A stretch of DNA of 64,000 bases, taken from NCBI GenBank assembly GCA_964016885.1, contig OZ024741.1, positions 236,716,001 through 236,780,000 on the forward strand, read 5' to 3'. This document shows positions 55,601 through 64,000 of this stretch, one piece after another. Position numbers and translations under genes: made by a program. The stretch is from Eledone cirrhosa (lineage: Eukaryota). A model generated the notes under the pieces. That model did not search any database. It was not told the origin of the DNA and worked only from the letters and a program-made list of their open reading frames with translations. Each line of letters starts with the position of its first letter. Within the stretch, counting starts at the first letter, position 1.

Positions 55601-57619
55601 AATAGTATGACCGTTAAAAAACACACACTTGATTCATTGCTATGTAGTCAATAGTATGATTGTTATCACACACACACTTGATTCACTGCTTATGTAGTCA
55701 ATAGTATAACTGTTAACTCTACACACTTGATTCACTGCTCTGTAGTCAATAGTATGACTGTTAACACACACACACTTGAATCACTGCTATGTAGTCAATA
55801 GTATGACTGATAACACACACACACTTGATTCACTGCTATGTAGTCAATAGTATGACTGTTAACACACACTCATGATTCACTGCTATGTAGTCAATAGCAT
55901 GACTATTAACTCTACACACTTAATACACTACTATGTAGTCAATAGTATGACTGTTAACACTACACACGTGATTCACTGCTATGTAGTCAATAGTATGACT
56001 GTTAACTCACACACACTTGATTCACTGCTATGTAGTCAATACTATGACTGTTAACACACACACACTTGATTCACTGCTATGTAGTCAATAGGATGACTGT
56101 TAACACACACACACACTTGATTCACTTCTATGTAGTCAATAGTATGACTGTTAACCCACACACATTTGATTCACTGCTATGTAGTCAATAGTATAACTGT
56201 TAACTCTACACACTTGATTCACTGCTATGTAGTCAATAGTATGACTGTTAACTCTACACACGTGATTCACTGCTATGTAGTCAATAGTATGACTGTTAAC
56301 GCTACACACTTGATTCACTGCTATGTAGTCAATAGCATGACTGTTAACTCTAAACACTTAATTCACTGCTATGTAGTCAATAATATGACTGTTAACACTA
56401 CACACGTGATTCACTGCTATGTAGTCAATAGTATGACTGTTAAGTCACACACACTTGATTCACTGCTATGTAGTCAATAGTATGACTGTTAACACACACA
56501 CACTTGATTCACTGCTATGTAGTCAATAGGATGACTGTTAACACACACTTGATTCACTGCTATGTAGTCAATAGTATGACTGTATACCCACACACATTTG
56601 ATTCACTGCTATGTAGTCAATAGAGTAACTGTTAACTCTACACACTTGATTCACTGCTATGTTGTCAATAGTATGACTGTTAAGTCTACATACATGATTC
56701 ACTGCTATGTAATCAATAGTATGACTGTTAACACACACACTCTTGATTCACTGCTATGTAGTCAATAGTATGACTGTTAACCCACACACATTTGATTCAC
56801 TGCTATGTAGTCAATAGTATGATTGTTAACTCTACACACGTGATTCACTGCTATGTAGTCAATACTATGACTGTTAACACACACACACTTAATTCACTTC
56901 TATGTAGTCAATAGCATGACTGTTAACACACACACACTTGATTCACTGCTATGTAGTCAATAGTATGACTGTTAACTCTACACACTTGATTCACTGCTAT
57001 GTAGTCAATAGTATAACTGTTAACACACACACACTTCATTCACTGCTATGTAGTCAATATTATGATTGTTAACTCTACACACTTAATTCACTGCTATGTA
57101 GTCAATAGCATGACTGTTAACACACACACACTTGATTCACTGCTATGTAGTCAATAGTATGACTGTTAACCCACACACATTTGATTCACTGCTATGTAGT
57201 CAATATTATGATTGTTAACTCTACACACTTGATTCACTCCTATGTAGTGAATAGTATGACTGTTAACACACACACACTTGATTCACTGCTATGTAGTCAA
57301 TAGTATGACTGTTAACACACACACACTTCATTCACTGCTATGTAGTCAATATTATGATTGTTAACTCTACACACTTAATTCACTGCTATGTAGTCAATAG
57401 CATGACTGTTAACACACACACACTTGATTCACTGCTATGTAGTCAATAGTATGACTGTTAACACACACACACTTGATTCACTGCTATGTAGTTAATAGTA
57501 TGACTGTTAACACACACACACTTGATTCACTGCTATGTAGTCAATAGTATGACTGTTAACACACACCCACTTGATTCACTGCTATGTAGTCAATAGTATG
57601 ACTGTTAACACACACACAC

Positions 57620-59690
57620 TTGATTCACTGCTATGTAGTCAATAGTATGACTGTTATCTCTACACACTTGATTCACTGCTATGTAGTCAATAGTATAACT
57701 GTTAACACACACACACTTGATTCACTGCTATCTAGTCAATAGTATGACTGTTAACACACACATGATTCACTGCTATGTAATCAATAGTATGACTGTTAAC
57801 ACACACATACTTGATTCACTGCTATGTAGTCAATAGTATGACTGTTAACACACACACACTTCATTCACTGCTATGTAGTCAATATTATGATTGTTAACTC
57901 TACACACGTGATTCACTGCTATGTAGTCAATAGTATGACTGTTAACTCTACACACTTGATTCACTGCTATGTAGTCAAGAGTATGGCTGTTGACGCACAC
58001 ACACTTGATTCACTGCTATGTAGTCAATAGCATGACTGTTAACTCTACACACTTAATTCACTGCTATGTAGTCAATAGTATGACTGTTAACACTACACAC
58101 GTGATTCACTGCTATGTAGTCAATAGTATGACTGTTAACTCACACACACTTGATTCACTGCTATGTAGTCAATAGTATGACTGATAAAAAACACACACTT
58201 GATTCACTGCTATGTAGTCAATAGTATGACTGTTAACCCACACACATTTGATTCATTGCTATGTAGTCAATAGTATGACTGTTAACACACACACACTTCA
58301 TTCACTGCTATGTAGTCAATATTATGATTGTTAACTCTACACACGTGATTCAGTGCTATGTAGTCAATAGTATGACTGTTAACACACACACACTTAATTC
58401 ACTGCTATGTAGTCAATAGCATGACTGTTAACACACACACACTTGATTCACTGCTATGTAGTCAATAGTATGACTGTTAACACACACACACTTGATTCAC
58501 TGCTATGGAGCTAATAGTATGACTGTTAACACACACACACTTGATTCACTGCTATGTATTCAATAGTATGGCTATTGATGCACACACACCTAATTCACTG
58601 CTATGTAGTCAATAGTACGACTGTTAACACACACACACTTGATTCACTGCTATGTAGTCAATAGTATGACTGTTATCTCTACACACTTGATTCACTGCTA
58701 TGTAGTCAATAGTATAACTGTTAACACACACACACTTGATTCACTGCTATCTAGTCAATAGTATGACTGTTAACACACACACACATGATTCACTGCTATG
58801 TAGTCAATAGTATGACTGTTAACACACACATACTTGATTCACTGCTATGTAGTCAATAGTATGACTGTTAACACACACACACTTGATTCACTGCTATGTA
58901 GTCAATATTATGATTGTTAACTCTACACACGTGATTCACTGCTATGTAGTCAATAGTATGACTGTTAACTCTACACACTTGATTCACTGCTATGTAGTCA
59001 AGAGTATGGCTGTTGACGCACACACACTTGATTCACTGCTATGTAGTCAATAGCATGACTGTTAACTCTACACACTTAATTCACTGCTATGTAGTCAATA
59101 GTATGACTGTTAACACTACACACGTGATTCACTGCTATGTAGTCAATAGTATGACTGTCAACTCACACACACTTGATTCACTGCTATGTAGTCAATAGTA
59201 TGACTGATAAAAAACACACACTTGATTCACTGCTATGTAGTCAATAGTATGACTGTTAACCCACACACATTTGATTCATTGCTATGTAGTCAATAGTATG
59301 ACTGTTAACACACACACACTTCATTCACTGCTATGTAGTCAATATTATGATTGTTAACTCTACACACGTGATTCAGTGCTATGTAGTCAATAGTATGACT
59401 GTTAACACACACACACTTAATTCACTGCTATGTAGTCAATAGCATGACTGTTAACACACTCACACTTGATTCACTGCTATGTAGTCAATAGTATGACTGT
59501 TAACACACACACACTTGATTCACTGCTATGTAGCTAATAGTATGACTGTTAACACACACACACTTGATTCACTGCTATGTATTCAATAGTATGGCTATTG
59601 ATGCACACACACCTAATTCACTGCTATGTAGTCAATAGTACGACTGTTAACACACACACACTTGATTCACTGCTATGTAGTCAATAGTAT
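57620..59690. repeat. Tandem duplication of about 1019-1023 bp (about 21 monomers)
   Basis: Track ORFs 57990/59013, with shared variants CTGATAAAAAACAC and GGCTATTGATGCAC. Confidence 0.88.
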
Positions 59691-62600
59691 GACTGTTAAC
59701 TCTACACACTTGATTCACTGCTATCTAGTCAATAGTATGACTCTTAACACACACAGACTTATTTCACTGCTATGTAGTCAATAGTATGATTGTTAACACA
59801 CACACACTTGATTCACTGCTTATGTAGTCAATAGTATAACTGTTAACTCTACACACTTGATTCACTGCTCTGTAGTTAATAGTATGACTGTTAACACACA
59901 CACACACTTGAATCAGTGCTATGTAGCCAATAGTATGACTGTTAACACACACACACTTGATTCACTGCTATGTAGTCAATAGTATGACTGTTAACACATA
60001 CACTTGATTCACTGTTATGTAGTCAATAGTATGACTGTTAACACACAAACACTTGATTCACTGCTATGTAGTCGATAGTATAACTGTTATCTCTACACAC
60101 TTGATACATGATTCACTGCTATGTAGTCAATAGTATGACTTTTAACACACATACACTTGATTCACTGCTATTTAGTCAATAGTATGTCTGTTAACACACA
60201 CACTTCATTCACTGCTATGTAGTCAATATTATGATTGTTAACTCTACACACGTGATTCACTGCTATGTAGTCAATAGTATGACTGTTAACTCTACACACT
60301 TGATTCACTGCTATGTAGTCAAGAGTATGGCTGTTGACGCACACACACTTGATTCACTGCTATGTAGTCAATAGTATGACTGTTAACTCTACACACACTT
60401 GATTCACTGCTATGTAGTCAATAGATTACTGTTAACTCTACACACGTGATTCACTGCTATGTAGTCAATAGTATGACTGTTACCCCACACACATATGATT
60501 CACTGCTATGTAATCAATAGTATGACTGTTAACACACACACTCTTGATTCACTGCTATGTAGTCAATAGTATGACTGTTAACTCTACACACACACACACA
60601 CACTGCATTCACTGCTATGTAGTCAATAGTATGACTGTTAACACACACACACTTGATTCACTGCTATGTATACAATAGTATGATTGTTAACACACACACA
60701 CTTGATTCAATGATATGTCGTCAATAGTTCGACTGTTAAGTCTACATACTTGATTCACTGCTCTGTAGTCAATAGCATGACTGTTAACTCTACACACTTG
60801 ATTCACTGCTATGTAGTCAATAGTATGACTGTCAACTCACACACACTTGATTCACTGCTATGTACTCAATAGTATGACTGTTAAAAAACACACACTTGAT
60901 TCACTGCTATGTAGTCAATAGTATGATTGTTAACACACACACACTTGATTCACTGCTTATGTAGTCAATAGTATAACTGTTAACTCTACACACTTGATTC
61001 ACTGCTCTGTAGTCAATAGTATGACTGTTAACACACACACACTTGAATCATTGCTATGTAGTCAATAGTATGACTGTTAACACACACCCACTTGATTCAC
61101 TGCTATGTAGTCAATAGTATGACTGTTAACACACACACTTGATTCACTGCTATGTAGTCAATAGCATGACTGTTAACTCTACACACTTAATACACTACTA
61201 TGTAGTCAATAGTATGACTGTTAACACTACACACGTGATTCACTGCTATGTAGTCAATAGTATGACTGTTAACTCACACACACTTGATTCACTGCTATGT
61301 AGTCAATACTATGACTGTTAACACACACACACTTGATTCACTGCTATGTAGTCAATAGGATGACTGTTAACACACACACACACTTGATTCACTTCTATGT
61401 AGTCAATAGTATGACTTTTAACACACACACACTTGATTCACTGCTATGTAGTCAATAGTATGACTGTTAACACACACACACTTCATTCTGTGCTCTGTAG
61501 TCAATATTATGATTGTTAACTCTACACACGTGATTCACTGCTATGTAGTCAATAGTATGACTGTTAACTCTACACACGTGATTCACTGCTATGTAGTCAA
61601 TAGTATGACTGTTAACGCTACACACTTGATTCACTGCTATGTAGTCAATAGCATGACTGTTAACTCTAAACACTTAATTCACTGCTATGTAGTCAATAAT
61701 ATGACTGTTAACACTACACACGTGATTCACTGCTATGTAGTCAATAGTATGACTGTTAACTCACACACACTTGATTCACTGCTATGTAGTCAATAGTATG
61801 ACTGTTAACACACACACACTTGATTCACTGCTATGTAGTCAATAGGATGACTGTTAACACACACTTGATTCACTGCTATGTAGTCAATAGTATGACTGTT
61901 TACCCACACACATTTGATTCACTGCTATGTAGTCAATAGTATAACTGTTAACTCTACACACTTGATTCACTGCTATGTTGTCAATAGTATGACTGTTAAC
62001 ACACACACTCTTGATTCACTGCTATGTAGTCAATAGTATGACTGTTAACCCACACACATTTGATTCACTGCTATGTAGTCAATAGTATGATTGTTAACTC
62101 TACACACGTGATTCACTGCTATGTAGTCAATAGTATGACTGTTAACACACACACACTTAATTCACTTCTATGTAGTCAATAGCATGACTGTTAACACACA
62201 CACACTTGATTCACTGCTATGTAGTCAATAGTATGACTGTTAACTCTACACACTTGATTCACTGCTATGTAGTCAATAGTATAACTGTTAACTCTACACA
62301 CTTGATTCACTGCTATGTAGTGAATAGTATGACTGTTAACACACACACACTTGATTCACTGCTATGTAGTCAATAGTATGACTGTTAACACACACACACT
62401 TCATTCACTGCTATGTAGTCAATATTATGATTGTTAACTCTACACACTTAATTCAATGCTATGTAGTCAATAGCATGACTGTTAACACACACACACTTGA
62501 TTCACTGCTATGTAGTCAATAGTATGACTGTTAACACACACACACGATTCACTGCTATGTAGTTAATAGTATGACTGTTAACACACACACACTTGATTCA

Positions 62601-64000
62601 CTGCTATGTAGTCAATAGTATGACTGTTAACACACACACACATGATTCACTGCTATGTAGTCAATAGTATGACTGTTAACACACACACACTTGATTCACT
62701 GCTATGTAGTCAATAGTATGACTGTTAACACACACACACTTGATTCACTGCTATGGAGTCAATATTATGATTGTTAACTCTACACACGTGATTCACTGCT
62801 ATGTAGTCAATAGTATGACTGTTAACTCTACACACTTGATTCACTGCTATGTAGTCAAGAGTATCGCTGTTGATGCACACACACTTGATTCACTGCTATG
62901 TAGTCAATAGCATGACTGTTAACTCTACACACTTAATTCACTGCTATGTAGTCAATAGTATGACTGTTAACACACACACACTTAATTCACTGCTATGTAG
63001 TCAATAGCATGACTGTTAACACACACACACTTGATTCACTGCTATGTAGTCAATAGTATGACTGTTAACACACACACACTTGATTCACTGCTATGTAGCT
63101 AATAGTATGACTGTTAACACACACACACTTGATTCACTGCTATGTATTCAATAGTATGGCTATTGATTCCCACACACCTGATTCACTGCAATGTAGTCAA
63201 TAGTATGACTGTTAACTCTACACACTTGATTCACTGCTATCTAGTCAATAGTATGACTCTTAACACACACAGACTTAATTCACTGCTATGTAGTCAATAG
63301 TATGATTGTTAACACACACACACTTGATTCACTGCTTATGTAGTCAATAGTACAACTGTTAACTCTACACACTTGATTCACTGCTCTGTAGTTAATAGTA
63401 TGACTGTTAACACACACACACACTTGAATCACTGCTATGTAGCCAATAGTATGACTGTTAACACACACACACTTGATTCACTGCTATGTAGTCAATAGTA
63501 TGACTGTTAACACATACACTTGATTCACTGTTATGTAGTCAATAGTATGACTCTTAACACACAAACACTTGATTCACTGCTATGTAGTCAATAGTATAAC
63601 TGTTATCTCTACACACTTGATACATGATTCACTGCTATGTAGTCAATAGTATGACTTTTAACACACATACACTTGATTCACTGCTATTTAGTCAATAGTA
63701 TGACTGTTAACACACACACTTCATTCACTGCTATGTAGTCAATATTATGATTGTTAACTCTACACACGTGATTCACTGCTATGTAGTCAATAGTATGACT
63801 GTTAACTCTACACACTTGATTCACTGCTATGTAGTCAAGAGTATGGCTGTTGACGCACACACACTTGATTCACTGCTATGTAGTCAATAGTATGACTGTT
63901 AACTCTACACACACTTGATTCACTGCTATGTAGTCAATAGATTACTGTTAACTCTACACACGTGATTCACTGCTATGTAGTCAATAGTATGACTGTTAAG

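Larger units (their letters stand above)
6816..64000. repeat. Satellite DNA array of ~48-49-bp monomers, head-to-tail, at least 57 kb (roughly 1150-1200 monomers), continuing past the window end
   Basis: Consensus core TTGATTCACTGCTATGTAGTCAATAGTATGACTGTTAAC followed by a linker of (AC)5 (49-mer), TCTACACAC or ACTACACAC (48-mer), or CA-slippage variants (about 45-55+ bp). Orientation is the same throughout and I saw no non-satellite insert. Confidence 0.99.

Noticed and set aside
8104-63468. Repeat-protein genes (IHCYVVNSMTVNSTHL on +, NQVCRVNSHTIDYIAV on -)
   Set aside because: These ORFs arise only where 48-bp (or 45/51-bp) monomers are consecutive. The very common 49-, 47- and 50-bp monomers break the frame, most starts are not ATG, and there is no sign of frame preservation.
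6816-64000. CRISPR array (constant partly palindromic ~39-bp repeat with variable spacers)
   Set aside because: The linkers are only about 9-13 bp, low-complexity, derived from each other and heavily reused. There are no cas genes or leader, and the context is eukaryotic.
6816-64000. Telomeric repeat or tandem RNA-gene (tRNA, 5S, snRNA) cluster
   Set aside because: There is no TTAGGG-type unit, and the monomer is too short and lacks pol III A/B boxes or a recognisable RNA fold beyond a 5-7-bp stem.

Overview
Eukaryotic (animal) repeat-rich DNA. A cephalopod/octopus origin is likely, but this is my inference from the look of the SINE fragment and the simple repeats. No intact host gene is supported. 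Region 1 (1-~4890) is a decayed + strand L1/Tx1-clade non-LTR retrotransposon. Its ORF1 runs off the window start and has a CCHC zinc knuckle and two in-frame stops. Its ORF2 has an APE endonuclease, a YADD reverse transcriptase and a C-terminal zinc finger, with two frameshifts and one nonsense codon. The 3' UTR has a hairpin and AATAAA. Region 2 (~4890-6815) is a simple-repeat spacer with a degenerate ~72-bp repeat, a 166-bp (TA)n-centred fold-back palindrome, a GGT/GTT-rich tract and a short SINE remnant. Region 3 (6816 to the window end, about 57 kb) is one uninterrupted head-to-tail satellite of ~48-49-bp monomers. Each monomer is a constant ~39-bp core plus a short variable (CA)n/TCTACACAC linker. 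The array is organised into domains with nested higher-order duplications (434, 919, ~1020, 1073, 1956, ~2240-2290, ~3.5k and 6809 bp). All ORFs called inside the array are by-products of the 48-bp monomer. I cannot demonstrate a new biological system. The best leads are a candidate 60-nt intron that would fuse LINE ORF1 to ORF2 in frame, the modular satellite with its layered higher-order structure, and the fold-back palindrome. All coordinates and periods were read by eye or from the ORF track, so boundaries inside the array are approximate.
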